In this document: piece by piece, positions 1-15,203 of the stretch | Numbering within the stretch: the stretch's first letter is position 1 | How the letters are laid out: each line of letters starts with the position of its first letter | Assembly: GCA_951406725.2 (NCBI GenBank) | Contig: OX597838.1 | Location: 14,694,001 to 14,758,000, forward strand | DNA from: Octopus vulgaris | Lineage: Eukaryota | Direction of reading: 5' to 3' | Length of the DNA: 64,000 nucleotides | Translations under genes and position numbers: made by a program | Notes under the pieces: model-generated | What the model was told of the DNA's origin: nothing | The model's database searches: none | The model's input: the letters and a program-made list of their open reading frames with translations, nothing else

Positions 1-430
1 AAGTCAATATTATATAAATGTTGTCTATTGAAGCAGAAACAATGTCCATGTCTGCTCTTTGTTTCCAAAACAACAAAATACAAATGTCCTTTTGTCTTTG
101 CATATTAATTCATTTCTTGACAATATCTTTTATTCTGACTCGGTCACTAACAATCACTTTTAGTTTTACCTTTTCATCCACAAAGAAAAATTTTGATATT
201 TGGTATACCTTCGGTCAAACTGTTATCCTGATGCAAAATTTTAATATAAGCGGAAGCATCACTAACACATCTCTTGAATTTTTGTTGATGAACTGAAAAG
301 TGAAATGTGGATTTGTCGAGTGTCTACTTTAAGCTTTATATTGAGTACATTTTTTGCTCATGTTCGTATGCAATAAAATGCATGCATGTGCACACATGCA
401 TGTGTGTATGTGTATTATATATATATATAT

Positions 431-644
431 TTTCAAAATGTGACCGCGTGTGTACCGTTGGCGATTTATTTTTTCCCTCTGTCTTCCCTTCTCTGGATCT
501 TTCCTTCTCCTATGTTTACGACGAAGAGCTCCGCTCGAAACGTTAAACCCCTCCTTCTTTCCTGAGCGTCCAATAATATTATATTTGTTCCACGTCCTCG
601 CGTTGTTGTGTTTTCTCTTTGTGTTTTCATGTTTGGATTAACTT
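431..644 (+). mobile_element. Penelope-like element pseudo-LTR fragment with a hammerhead-like motif
   Basis: CpG-rich island within TA repeats; GA-A-GAGC-loop-GCTC-GAAACG motif. Shares TTCCTGAGCG with the element at 42690-42910. Confidence 0.5.
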
Positions 645-1425
645 TATATATGATGATATATATTTGATAATAAGGAGAATGAAGAATTTGAACACTCTAA
701 CTTTGGTTATTTCCAGTTAGTTTATTCATGGTAATTGTCTGACATGTGTTTCAGTTGCATTAACTGCATATTGTTGCATTTTTATGTGCAGTGATTTATG
801 CATTATTAGTACAATCTCTTGAGGGTGTATAAGTATGACATTGTTCAAAGTCTACCAAAAAACGCACCATCTGAAGGAACCAGTCTTGTCATTTTACTAA
901 GAGAAATTCAGCATCTGCCTGGATATTGTACCCCTTCTCTTACTATATGTGTGTCTGTACGTAGTTGTATGTATATGCAGAGTAGATGAAACCATGGCGA
1001 CTGAAGAAGGGGAATTTTCCTTGTGTTATTTGTCCTGTACTCTATTTTTTCGTTGTTTAAGAAAAATGTCCAGTTCCTTGGTTTTGCGTTTATGATTTCG
1101 TTTCTCATTGTGTTCGACGTTTTTTTTTGGTGTCCTGTACCCATATATGCGTGTATATATATATGTATGTAGAGGTAGGTACGTACATGTATGTATGTAT
1201 ATATGCATATGTTTTATTTATTAATTCATTGTATGTATATGCATATATATATTCATTTGTATGTACATGCTGAAATTGTGTGTGTGTCTGTGTGTTTTGC
1301 CTGTTTTGAATTTTGGGTGCTAGTTGTAAAATGTGCATCACTGTTATACAAGCAGTGTCCTTCCGTTTCCAGTCTTCTTCTTGAAGAAATATTACCCTGC
1401 TTTGAAATGTGTGAGGGTCGGTGAC

Positions 1426-1839
1426 AGGAAGGGCATTTGGCTGTAAAAAAATCTGCCTCAGTGAATTCCATCAGGAAGGGCATTTGGCTGTAAAAAATCA
1501 GCCTCGTTGAATTCCATCAGGAAGGGCATTTGGCTGTAAAAAATCAGCCTCGTTGAATTCCATCAGGAAGGGCATTTGGCTGTAAAAAATCAGACTCGTT
1601 GAATTCCATCAGGAAGGGCATTTGGCTGTAAAAAATCAGCCTCGTTGAATTCCATCAGGAAGGGCATTTGGCTGTAAAAATCAGCCTCAGTGAATTCCAT
1701 CAGGAAGGGCATTTGGCTGTAAAAAATCAGCCTCGTTGAATTCCATCAGGAAGGGCATTTGGCTGTAAAAAATCAGCCTCGTTGAATTCCATCAGGAAGG
1801 GCATTTGGCTGTAAAAAATCAGCCTCGTTGAATTCCATC
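1426..1839 (+). repeat. 46-bp minisatellite, 9 copies, inside an RTE-tailed SINE-like element (about 1310-1895)
   Basis: Unit aggaagggcatttggctgtaaaaaatcagcctcgttgaattccatc starts at 1426, 1473, 1519, 1565, 1611, 1657, 1702, 1748 and 1794. Confidence 0.95.
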
Positions 1840-2496
1840 TGGCCCATGCAACGCTTTGAAAATTGGACATTAAATGATGGTGATGTTGATGATGGGATAT
1901 AACGAGCAATTGCAGTGTTAAATGTGATAATCATTTAAACATTTGTATATTTTTATTTGTTTGTTTGTTATAGTGTGTGATAGTATAACATTGTTGATAA
2001 TGTGGTTCACTGGTACTTTATTCCACCGTAAACCTGAAGAGATAGAGTGACAAGATGTTATGAAGGATATTAATTAGAGAGAGAGAGAGAGAGAGAGAGG
2101 TGGGTAGACAGAGACACACAGATCATAGCTTACATAATAAAGGATGTTATTATCGTGGCTTGTTCTTAGTTTCTAACCTAACCGATTTTTTTTTTGTTTT
2201 TTGTTTTATTTTTAATGCTGGCTGCATGATAAATCTGCTTGACCTACACGCACACACATACACATGTGCATATTTCATTCGCTTTGCTATTAAGCTTTCA
2301 AGCTGCAGGCGTCCCTTCGTATTCCCCAACCCTCACCAGTCATTGTCATGTATGTGTATGTATGTGTGTGTGTGTGTGTGTGTGTGTATAAACATGTAGA
2401 CATGCACTGCTTTGAAAGGTTGTCAAAGTTTTCACAAAGTGCAAATTTAATTTCTAGTTATTTGTTGGTCACTGTGAATGTGCGTGAATCGAGGAT

Positions 2497-2499
<3 letters not shown>

Positions 2500-2528
<29 letters not shown>

Positions 2529-2733
2529 TGTATGTATGTATGTATGTGTGTGTCTGTGTCTGTCCCCCCAATATCACTTGACGACCGATGCTGGTGTGTT
2601 TGCGTCCCTTTAACCTAGCGGTTCGGCAAAAGAGACTGATAGAATAAGTACAAAGAATAAGTCCTGAAGTCGATTTGCTCAACTAAAAGGCTGTGCTCCA
2701 GCATGGCCAGTGAAATGACTGAAACAAGTAAAA
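2500..2733 (+). mobile_element. SINE family A, 3' half
   Basis: Contains cttgacgaccgatgctggtgtgtt...ccagcatggcc...tgactgaaacaagtaaaag, matching the full copies. Confidence 0.85.
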
Positions 2734-2762
2734 GTGTTAAAGAATACTTACATATTGATATA

Positions 2763-2797
<35 letters not shown>

Positions 2798-3236
2798 GAT
2801 CCAGATTAAATGATTAAAAAAGAAAAAACACTCTTTCATTAAACAAGTTCGTACATATAAAGTACGTACTTATCGGTTTAGATGTAGATTTTACTCCTGA
2901 AGATGCTGTAATAAGGCAGGAAAGCGCAATCTTGTTATGTACAAGATCCCAAAATGTAATTGTGTGTGTGTGTGTGTTATGGTGGTCTTACACCAATATT
3001 CTACAATGCTTTGTAAATGGAATCTGGTAGATTTCATTTGCAAGACATTGGTCAGCCTTTGGTTGTGCTCTACAACAGTTCCCCAAAATGCTGTATACAT
3101 CAGGATTGAACTTAGAATCACAACACTGCAAATCAAAGTTTATTACCATACAGCCCATTATACCATGCAGATTTAGTTAAACATTGCTAATAATCTTTTC
3201 TTTGTTAAAGAACATTAAATCTCCTACACACGCATA

Positions 3237-3410
3237 GTGTGTGTGTATACACATATATGAATATATAGGTGTGTGTGTATACACATATATGAATATATAT
3301 GTGTGTGTGTATACACATATATGAATATATATGTGTGTGTGTATACACATATATGAATATATGTGTGTGTGTATACACATATATGAATATATATGTGTGT
3401 GTGTGTATAT
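3237..3410. repeat. About 30-32 bp compound minisatellite (gtgtgtgtatacacatatatgaatatat)n
   Basis: About 5-6 tandem units are visible. Confidence 0.85.
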
Positions 3411-3764
3411 ACATGCGCACACATACATACACGTAATACTTTGTGTTGTGTTTGTGAGTGAAGAAAAATTGCTTTTTAAATCGTTCAGTAAATTTGAAAG
3501 TTATTTTTAGCCGAGAGATTTGACTTTCCAAAGATTTACTCTTAATAAGCTCAAGATTATTTCAACTATTTACGTAAATTCCTCAGTGTATGGAGGAAGA
3601 AAACATAATTTTGGTTTTGTTGTTCTAAATTCTAAACTGTTGCTTCTTTGGCAGTTCTCTGCGAGTTGTCGTAATTGCCTCAATAGTCTTTATGATATTC
3701 CTGTATTTATCTTTATTTCCCTCCTTCATAGTGTATACACACACACTCATTCTGTGTGTGTATA

Positions 3765-3815
<51 letters not shown>

Positions 3816-3859
3816 ATATATATATGCATGGAAGGCATACATTAAACAATGATGATCTG

Positions 3860-5022
<1,163 letters not shown>

Positions 5023-5773
5023 TGGAAAGCAGACATTAAACAATGATGATCTGTATGTAGATATATATATATATATATATATATGTATATTATATGTTTG
5101 CCTAAAACCAATGTTTGCATTCTAATGATGTTTCAATCCTAATGTATATTTATCTTTCTGTTAACTTCTCCATCCCTTCTTCGTATCAGTTGCTGAAGAA
5201 TTTAAAAGTGCCAAAATACATTCTTCAGGAAAATTTGCTTTGTCTTTTATGTCCCGTTTTTGTGTGTATCAATTGTTATACTGATTGGATGGGACTGTTA
5301 GCACCTTTCATACTATGTCTGATTCACCTGCTGGAAGTGAAAGCAAAAACAAAAAAAAACAAATGAAGAAAAAAGAAAACCTCCTGTTTTAGTCTTGAGT
5401 TCCAACTCCATTTTAACCCTTTCGTTGCCATATTTCTGTTGATATGCAGTGCTTCCGTTTCTATTAATTTTGAAAATAATGAAGAATTTAATAAAATAAT
5501 TTTGTCGTTATTAAGCTGGTGTTTGGAACTTAAATTAACATGAAATTATTAGGGAAAGTTTTAATTTAGATCACTTCGAAACTGGAAGTTTATATCATCG
5601 AACCAAGGGTAGTCTCAGGCAGGTCGGTGTCTCCATTTTCAAAGAGGTATGGGAGGAATTGCCAGCAAGGGTCAAAATAACTTGGCTTTACCGCTCCCAC
5701 CCACTGCTGCCAGAACCAGCTTTCTGGTCCTATAAGCCTATGTTAGAAATTAACAAAATTATTATTATTATTA

Positions 5774-5995
5774 AGGTTGTAAGTTGGCGGAATCGTTAGC
5801 ACGCCAGGCAAAATGCTTAGTGGCATTTCATCAGTCTTTATATTGTGAGTTCAAATTCTGCTGAGGTCAACTTTGCCATCTCATTCTTTAGGGGTGATAA
5901 AATAAGTACCAGTTAAAAAATGGGGTCGATGTAATCAACTTACCCACTTCCCAAAATTGCTGGCCTCATGTCAAAATTTGCAATTATTATTATTT
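5774..5995 (+). mobile_element. SINE family B (tRNA-like head, conserved core gtcaactttgcc-ttcatcc-ggggt-gataaaataagtacc)
   Basis: Head gttagcacgcc-ggc-aaatgcttag...gagttcaaattc. Homologous copies at 12761-12953(-), 37950-38152(-), 39975-40170(+) and 48372-48587(+). The core resembles the Deu/Nin-type SINE domain as I recall it. Confidence 0.8.
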
Positions 5996-6332
5996 TGCAC
6001 CTGTGATTTAAAAAGGTAATATAAAAGAAGAAAGGGGCTCTCTACCTGCCTTTTGACCAGGCTCCCGTTGGCTTTTATGGTTTTTTTCCACCAGGAACCT
6101 TTCGTAACGCTTCCCCCCTATTTGGAGTTTTTCGTTGTTAAACTGCTTTTTACTTGTTTTTTTTTCACAAATGGACAAAACTCTTTGTAACCTTTCATCC
6201 TGTTTTTGTCCCCTTTTTGTTATAATTAATTTTTGTCAGCCCTTGTGGCCAATAAAAGAATTAATTATTATTATTATTATTATAATCTAATACAATGTTC
6301 TTTTTTCTTCTGTCTTTGCAGGCCCCCCCTAA

Positions 6333-7445
<1,113 letters not shown>

Positions 7446-8257
7446 TAAGCGTTCTTGAATTTTTTTTTTTTTGTTATTTGTTTAGGTTTTATTTTGTATT
7501 TCCATAGTCATTGTTGTTCTTGATATTTAGCTCTTGATTGAGCAGACCTATAATCAGAGGCATTGCAGCTATGATCCTTATGGGTTTTTTTTTGTATGTA
7601 AAACTACATTTTCCTTCTTGGAATTTTATGGAAATTTTAGCTTCTATTTTTAGCAGGCTATGAGACCTCAAACACGGACTCATTTTATGAGGCTCAAACA
7701 TTGATTCCTATTCACTTGGTACTGAGTGTGCAGTGGACAACTGTATCAGCAGAGCATCGGGGGCAGGGCTGACAAAATCAATAGAACATCAGTGCAGTGG
7801 ATGACAATCTGTAGAGAATTTAATTATTACATGACAGAATTGATTAAGGATTAGTCAAAATACTTTGTGATAGTTTGTAACAGCTCTTTGGGTTCAATTC
7901 TTGCTCGGATTTACCTTTTATGATTTTAAGATAGAATTGTTATTAATCTACAAGTGCTGAATGAAGCTAACTGTACCTAAAGATATGGTACCTCTGTATG
8001 GCCCCAGTCTAATGACTGGAGCTTTTTAAAAGAGTAATGCACCAAAAGAATAAATATACCTCTTTTTGCCAAATATTTTTCAAAACCCTCTTGATTTCTT
8101 TCTGATTATTTTGGCCAGCAAAAGCAATTGCTTGGTATTTCATCCTAAAAAAACTTGGGGTTTACATAAGAATTGACAAAAAACAATTGAAATGAACAAA
8201 AAGGAGAAAAACACAACATAATGTAGACAATAAGAATTCAGTAATTCTAGACACATA

Positions 8258-8333
<76 letters not shown>

Positions 8334-9269
8334 GATATTTACTGGCACAGCTTAAGATACATATAGGTCGTGATTGTAAATGTCACATAATAAGTTGCCA
8401 AGATATTTGCATTAAGCATTTGTGTTTTGCTCATCTGACAATTATTCAGGTATTTGTGAATATGAAAATTTAGGCCACAATGTGTAGCCACTAGAAGTAT
8501 TATTTCTCATTGTGTGCTTCGCTCTATGGATTTTTCTTTGTGTTAATACCTATAATTAAAATTATATATGTACATCTATGCATTTACGTATGTCGCATAT
8601 TATGTGTACAGCAGGCACGTGCCATCAGTAATTGCTCAGGGTAGGCAGTTTGGTGACCTTGATGTAGGAAAAGACGCAAAAAAATAAGCGAAACACTGGT
8701 GCGTGACAGAGTTGAGGGCAGATTTACTTCTGCCTTTATAGCATGTAAAGAAAACGGTGTTGTAGGAGTGTATGCAGCATGTGTACTACAGCAGTATTAT
8801 GTGTAGCTTAAACAGTGAGATTGGAAAGCAGGTGTGAATTATCTACAAAAACATTAAATATTTTGTATTTTATATGCATAGTAATTAGAGTAACCTTCAT
8901 AATTTTATTGAATTATGTGCATATTTTGCCATAAAAATGAAAATGTTGCTATTGATCTATTTTATTCAAGGTAGGCATTGTCTACCTTGAATGTATATGT
9001 GTACATATGTATTTATGTGTAAATCCAAAATATTTTTAAAAAAAATAAAAAAAAATCAGGAAAAACCCAACAGAACTCAATTAGATGCAGACAATGAATG
9101 TATTAGATTGATGATCAGTGAAAATTTTAGATGGAAAAATAGGAGGGGTAATGATGTTCCTTGTATGGTTCTTCATTGGAATGGAGAAGAAAAGGCGGAG
9201 GGCACAGACAGTCCAGAAAGATGCATGTGTTGTTACAATTGCCAAAAATAATAGACACACACAAACACA

Positions 9270-9497
9270 CAAGGTGGAGCAGAAAAGTTCTTGGCTTTTG
9301 GTAAAAGAAAATACAGGAGGATCAGTGGATCAGTTAATTATGATTTTATTCAATGTTATTCCCCTCTCAGGTTCACACACTTACTGCAGTGGCCCTGCAG
9401 TTTTTCTCAGCCCTGTGAATGAACTCAGAAACTTGGGCCTCTAACCAAGCCTTTCATGAAACCCTTAAAGCCAGGAACTTTTCAGCATTCCCCTTAT
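9270..9497. mobile_element. Tc1/mariner-type MITE (about 230 bp)
   Basis: Degenerate TIRs gc-gaaaagttc-tggct / agccaggaacttttcagca. A second, interrupted copy lies at 32814-33360. Confidence 0.7.
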
Positions 9498-9563
9498 ATT
9501 TGTATATGTATGTATGTCTGTATACACACTGTGTGTATGTGTGTAGCAGTAATATTGATACAA

Positions 9564-10080
9564 CTAGCAGCATAGCCCGGCATTGCCCGGGTATGTAAGA
9601 GCCCCTGGAGCAGACATGATGCTCGCTGTGAATTTAGAAAAAAATTCCTGCCAGTTTGTGAAAGATATTGTCGAAAATATGTCATCTTGAATTTGAATGC
9701 GATTTCCCAAAATGGCATGATTTTTATCGATTTTTTTGTGATAGTAAGGTATTGCATGGAAAACTAACATCAGAATTAAGTTTCTTAGGGTAACGTTAAG
9801 CTTCACCATGAGTTTGGTGAAAATCGATTGCAAGTTGCGAAAACTACAACAGAAAATGTGTTGCAAATAAAAAGCTTAGATTCTCGACCCCATGTCGAAT
9901 TTATCGATCTTTTCAGAACTGGGGGAACTTTTCAAAATTTTCGCTGCGTTAGTTTTGAATTATGACATTGGGCTATGTGTGTGTCAAGTTTCATCAGAAT
10001 CGGTTGAAAGCCGTGGTCAGGGTGAGGGTACAACCTGACAGACACACAGACAGACAAACTGCCGTTTATATAGAGAGAGA
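9564..10080 (-). mobile_element. Non-autonomous Helitron
   Basis: On the minus strand it starts A|TCTCTCTCTATATAAA followed by a (GTCT) microsatellite, and ends with hairpin CCCGGGCAATGCCGGG and GCTGCTAG|T. No TSD. Confidence 0.85.
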
Positions 10081-10160
10081 TAATACAAAAATGCTTAATA
10101 CATGAATCTTATAAACAAGTATATTGAAACAAATCCTTGGCTGCAAATAATTTTATGCTA

Positions 10161-10564
10161 TACTCTTTTACTCTTTTACTTGTTTCAGTCATTTGACTGC
10201 AGCCATGCTGGAGCATCGCCTTTATTAGTGGAGCAAATCGACCCCAGGACTTATTCGTTGTAAGCCTAGTACTTATTCTATCGGTCTCTTTTGCCGAACC
10301 GCTAAGTTACGGGGACATGAACACACCAGCATCGGTTGTCGAGCGATGTTGGGAGGACAGACACAGACACACAAACACACATATATATATATATATACAT
10401 ATATACGACTGGCTTCTTTCGGTTTCCGTCTACCAAATCCACTCACAAGGCTTTGGTCGGCCCGAGGCTATAGTAGAAGACACTTGCCCAAAGTGCCACG
10501 CAGTGGGACTGAACCCAGAACCATGTGGTTGGTAAGCAAGCTACTTACCACACAGCCACACCTG
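10161..10564 (-). mobile_element. SINE family A, full length (tRNA-derived head, internal TA/TG microsatellite, CR1-like stem-loop tail)
   Basis: Reverse complement of the element at 33881-34289. Confidence 0.9.
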
Positions 10565-10684
10565 TCAACAAAAATATAATTGATTAATCAAAGGGGTTTG
10601 AAATTGTTCAAGAATAGACAGACATAACCATTGCCTTGGTTGTTCCACACATTGAGAGATTTTTGAGTAAGTTCAAAACCACGC

Positions 10685-10916
10685 TTAACCTTTCAGCATT
10701 TAACCTGGCCATATCCAGCCCAGGTGCTCTGCATGTTTTATATTGAAACTGATCTGATCTAACCTCTCACACCTATCTTACAATGTCATTCTAATAATAT
10801 ATTAACTAGCACACCGCTGGAATTTCAGAGCTACAAGATAGTGCATGGTTAATTCAAAACAATATGAATTGATAAGAAATACATTTGACTAAGAACTCTG
10901 AATGCTAAGGGGTTAA
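10685..10916. mobile_element. TTAA-flanked piggyBac-type MITE family E (diverged copy)
   Basis: ttaacc-tt-agcattt ... aatgctaaggggttaa; body homologous to 28051-28279. Confidence 0.75.
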
Positions 10917-10972
10917 GCATCGTGTCCTTTATCTATTGACTCTGTCTGTGTGTGTGTCTGTCTGTCTGTCTG

Positions 10973-11013
<41 letters not shown>

Positions 11014-11113
11014 AAGGTTTTTATGTGTACAGAAGAGCGCTCAGAGATATGGTAAGTTTTCAACCTTGCTGATGATTGTTGATATAACACAAAACCATTA
11101 AGGTCACAGGATT

Positions 11114-11151
<38 letters not shown>

Positions 11152-11269
11152 CGTGTGTATGTATGTGTGTGTGTGCATGTGTATGTATGTATGTGTGTGC
11201 GTGTGTATATATATATATGTGTGTGTGTATGTATATATATATGTGTGTATATATATGTATATATATATA

Positions 11270-11333
<64 letters not shown>

Positions 11334-11365
11334 TATATATGCATGCATACAACCTTGTATGTCTT

Positions 11366-11412
<47 letters not shown>

Positions 11413-11885
11413 TGAGGGAGAGAGATGCTACAGCTGAAGATGTTTCATAAGTCATGTATTTAAACCTCTCAACGCACGATATCGAGTTATACTTCAAAAT
11501 CTGCTTTGCTGAAAATAGCAACAACTCACTGTTTCAGATGAGGCATCAAGCTGAGCGGGGGGGAAGGAGGGGGGGGGTTGGTGATGGTGGTGGTGATGGT
11601 AGGGAGGCGCTAGCTTTTTAGCAGTATCTTCACTTGTGGAGGCAGCTGTTGTATAAGAAGCACAAGTGCGAAAGACAGAGAAAAATGGATAGAATGATAG
11701 ATAGATAGATAAAGAAGAGGTGGATAGGTGAATAGAAACTAGGAGGTATGCTAGGGGGGGGGGGTTTCTCGTGATAAAAATTAAAAGATAAAAATTTATT
11801 AATTGTTTGATGAGAAGCGGAACTAGTGATGCTGTGTCCTCTGAAACTGGTAAAGTGTAAAAGGGGAGGGAGAAGCTAATTGTTC

Positions 11886-12101
11886 TACTCTTTTAACTCT
11901 CTTTTACTTGTTTCAGTCATTTGACTGCGGCCATGCTGGAGCACCGCCTTTAATCGAGCAAATCGACCCCCCCCGGGACCTTATTCTTTTGTAAGCCCAG
12001 TACTTATTCTATCGGTCTCTTTTGCTGAACCGCCAAGTAACGGGGGACATAAACACACCAGCATCGGTTGTCAAGCAATGCTAGGGGGACAAACACACAC
12101 A

Positions 12102-12141
<40 letters not shown>

Positions 12142-12302
12142 TACGACGGGCTTCTTTCAGTTTCCGTCTACCAAATCCACTCACAAGGCTTTGGTCGGCC
12201 CGAGGCTATAGTAGAAGATACTTGTCCAAGGTGCCACGCAGTGGGACTGAACCCGGAACCATGTGGTTGATAAACACGCTACTTACCACACAGCCACTCC
12301 TG
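11886..12302 (-). mobile_element. SINE family A, full length
   Basis: High identity to the other family A copies. Confidence 0.9.
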
Positions 12303-13152
12303 TCTATGGAGACTTTCTTTTTTTTTTTTTTTTTTTTTGTGAATGCTGTGAAGGGGATTTAACTGCTATTCTTAACAGATCCACTGACCATGTTAAAAAA
12401 AATCTGGCTGTATTTGGGAGCAGCTTAGGCACCACTAATACAAATGAAGGTCATATTACTTCATAAAGCCATAATACCAAAATAATGAATATGAATTATT
12501 CAAACATAGTGGTGTATGAGTGTGTGTGTGTGTGTGTAATGAGCCTCTTTCAGTTTCTGTCTACCAAATCCAATCGTATGGTTTATGAATTCAATTGAAA
12601 CATTACTCAGTTTCAGGTAAATTCCAGTGAAAGTTCCTACAGAATTGGATAGAATCTATACAATTACTTTGCTTAAAAGCACTAGGTATCTCAATCTAAT
12701 ATATATATACACACACATGGGTGTGTGTGTGTGTGTGTATACACATACATATAGATAGATATTTCTTTATTGCCCACCGGGGGCTAAACATAGAGGGGAC
12801 AAACACAGACAAAGGGATTAAGTCAATTACATCAACCCTGAAAGGATGAAAGGCAAAGTCGACATCAGCATAATTTGAACTCAGAATGTAGCATCAGATG
12901 AAATACCGCTAAGCACTTCGCCCGGCATGGTAACAATTCTACCAGCTCACTGCCATTATATATATGTGTATATATAATTCCAAGAGAGTTAGAGGTTGTG
13001 AATCCAACCAACTAAGGGATAATATCTATCCAATATACTGCTGTTAGAATATGCAATTATTAATACACAAATGTTTTTTCATTACATGGCAATTACACTA
13101 CTGAATGTAATAAATGGGCGAGGGTAAAATGTTTTTTTGCCCTTAATTTATA

Positions 13153-13327
13153 CGGCAATAAGAAAATGGAGGGGATAACAGATTATGCTTTACATATATA
13201 AAAACACCATATACATGTATGTATATCATTATAATTGTTTTTTTAAAAAAATAAATAAATAGACATCATATAATGTCTAAAAGTTGATGAATATCACCTC
13301 TTGATCCCCTCCATTTTTTTATTGTCG
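13153..13327. mobile_element. Small TA-flanked MITE with about 26-bp TIRs
   Basis: tata|cggcaataagaaaatggaggggataa ... ttgatcccctccattttttttattgtcg|tata. Confidence 0.6.
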
Positions 13328-13701
13328 TATATATCTATCTATCTGTCTATTTAGCTATCTGTCTATCTATGGATGAATTGAGACCATGTTGGAATATGTC
13401 CAATGATTTAAAGCCCAATGGTAGTATAAATTTGAATCCAATCTTGTACAAACCAGCCCTGGAGTTTGTCTGGAACTTGGTTGGAGTAACATGTTTTGAC
13501 TGATTCCACCCTGCACTTTATATACACTCTCTTTTCAAACATTGGGAGTACTGCTGCTTTTGTTTCATGTCACTTCCTCAACCATCTCTGTATATTATGT
13601 ATTATATATGTGTGTGTGTGTGTGTGTGTATTTATATACTTATATACATATATATATATGTAGTGTAGAATTTTTTCTAGAATTTTTTTGCTACCCTTAT
13701 A

Positions 13702-14098
13702 TCTTTATATATAAAAGTCAAGTTGTGTGTCTGTCTCCTACGATTTAGATTCCTAACTACTCCCACATTTTGCAGTGCAGTTTAACCAAAAACCGGGTAT
13801 CTTATAGTTGTGATTCATATCGAGCCCTTCTAGGTATTAGTGCGCATCTACGATGAGTCTACGATTTAAAAAAAAATTTAACGTCATTTTTTCCATTTTA
13901 ATGCATTTTTTCGCTATTATATAAGGGAAGTAACTCTCTAAAAATGTCTACGATGAGTCAACGATTTAAAAAAAATTTACCATTATTTTTTTCCCATTTT
14001 TAATGCATTTTTTTGCTATTCTTTGGCTATAACTCTCTAAAAATGCTTATATAGTTATTTCCCTTACAAACCCGAGCAACGCCGGGCAATACTGCTAG
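13702..14098 (+). mobile_element. Non-autonomous Helitron (second family) with an internal duplication of about 99 bp
   Basis: A|TCTTTATATATAAAAG start; 3' hairpin CCCGAGCAACGCCGGG then ACTGCTAG|T. The block tctacgatgagtc-acgattt...aactctctaaaaatg occurs twice. Confidence 0.85.
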
Positions 14099-14103
14099 TT
14101 TAT

Positions 14104-14139
<36 letters not shown>

Positions 14140-14978
14140 ATATATATACATATATATATGGTAGTATAAATTTGATCCAATCCTGTACAAACACACACAC
14201 TCACACTGGGTATTTAGATTTAAAATAAAAATTGTTTGAAAATTCAGTTACTTCTTCCAATGAATTGAACAAAATATCTACTCCCCCCCTCTCTCCCCTC
14301 TGTTCTGTATAGTAATCCCCAGATTACAAGGATTATGATTATAGTTCACTGTATACCCTTTTCTCCAATCCCAAAACTAGAAATCTTGGTTAGTGGCGGT
14401 GGGGAAGGGGGGGAAAAAAAGGAAAAACAAAAAACAAAAAAAAAATCCTCCATAATCCTTCTTCTCTCTAATCTTCAGGAGATCTGATTAAATGAGAAAA
14501 ATTAAGACACTTAATCTTTTCTAATATCTTCATTGACGCAGTGTGTTGTTGTTGAAGAAATATTTTTGCTGCCTACATGACTTGATCTAAGCAAGTCAGA
14601 TGTGTTTAAGATTTGCTGTGGCTTCCCCTCCTCTCCTTCTCTGCTGCTGTCTTGTGGATTGGTGCTGCCACAGCAGTGTTCTAGACATAGGTGTCTACAT
14701 TTGTTAGCAGTTTTTCCAATGAATTCTAATATATGTGTGTGCAAGCGTATGTGTCCGTTATAATTTTTTTATTCTTTTTGGTTATTTGAATTCTTTCGAT
14801 AGATAAAAAAAAAAGTTAGTTTTAGCTGGTTTCTAACAAAGAAACTATAAGTTCTATCACTTGCATTTATAGATAATAAACAGGGGTAGAGATAGTTATA
14901 AGGTGAACTTTAGAAAAGTCTTGCATATTTAGAAAGACAAAAGAACATTTTTTTTTTGCCCTAACATTTTATTTACAA

Positions 14979-15203
14979 GCACCATCTGATTGTGGCCGTA
15001 GCCAGCCTCGCCTGGCCCTGTGCCTCGTCTGGAACGTAAAAGCACCCACTACACTCACGGAGTGGTTGGCATAAGGAAGGGCATCCAACCGTAGAAACAT
15101 TGCCAGATCAGACTGGGCCTGGTGCAGCCTTCTGGCTTCTCAGACCCCAGTTGAACCGTCCAACCCATACTAGCATGGAAAGCGTACACTAAACGATGAT
15201 GAT
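14979..15203 (+). mobile_element. RTE-tailed SINE-like element ending in (GAT)n
   Basis: ggaagggcatcc...ccaacccat-ctagcatggaaagc...aaacgatgatgatg. Further copies at 20923-21362, 22288-22470(-) and 53988-54220. Confidence 0.8.

Noticed and set aside
1426-1839. CRISPR-like regular array
   Set aside because: The units are contiguous with no unique spacers, there are no cas genes, the context is eukaryotic, and the unit derives from a SINE.
10317-10579. Recurrent ORFs 'LLSVSVYQIHSQG...EDTCPRCHAVGLNPEPCGW'
   Set aside because: These are antisense translations of SINE family A, recurring at each copy; not a gene family.
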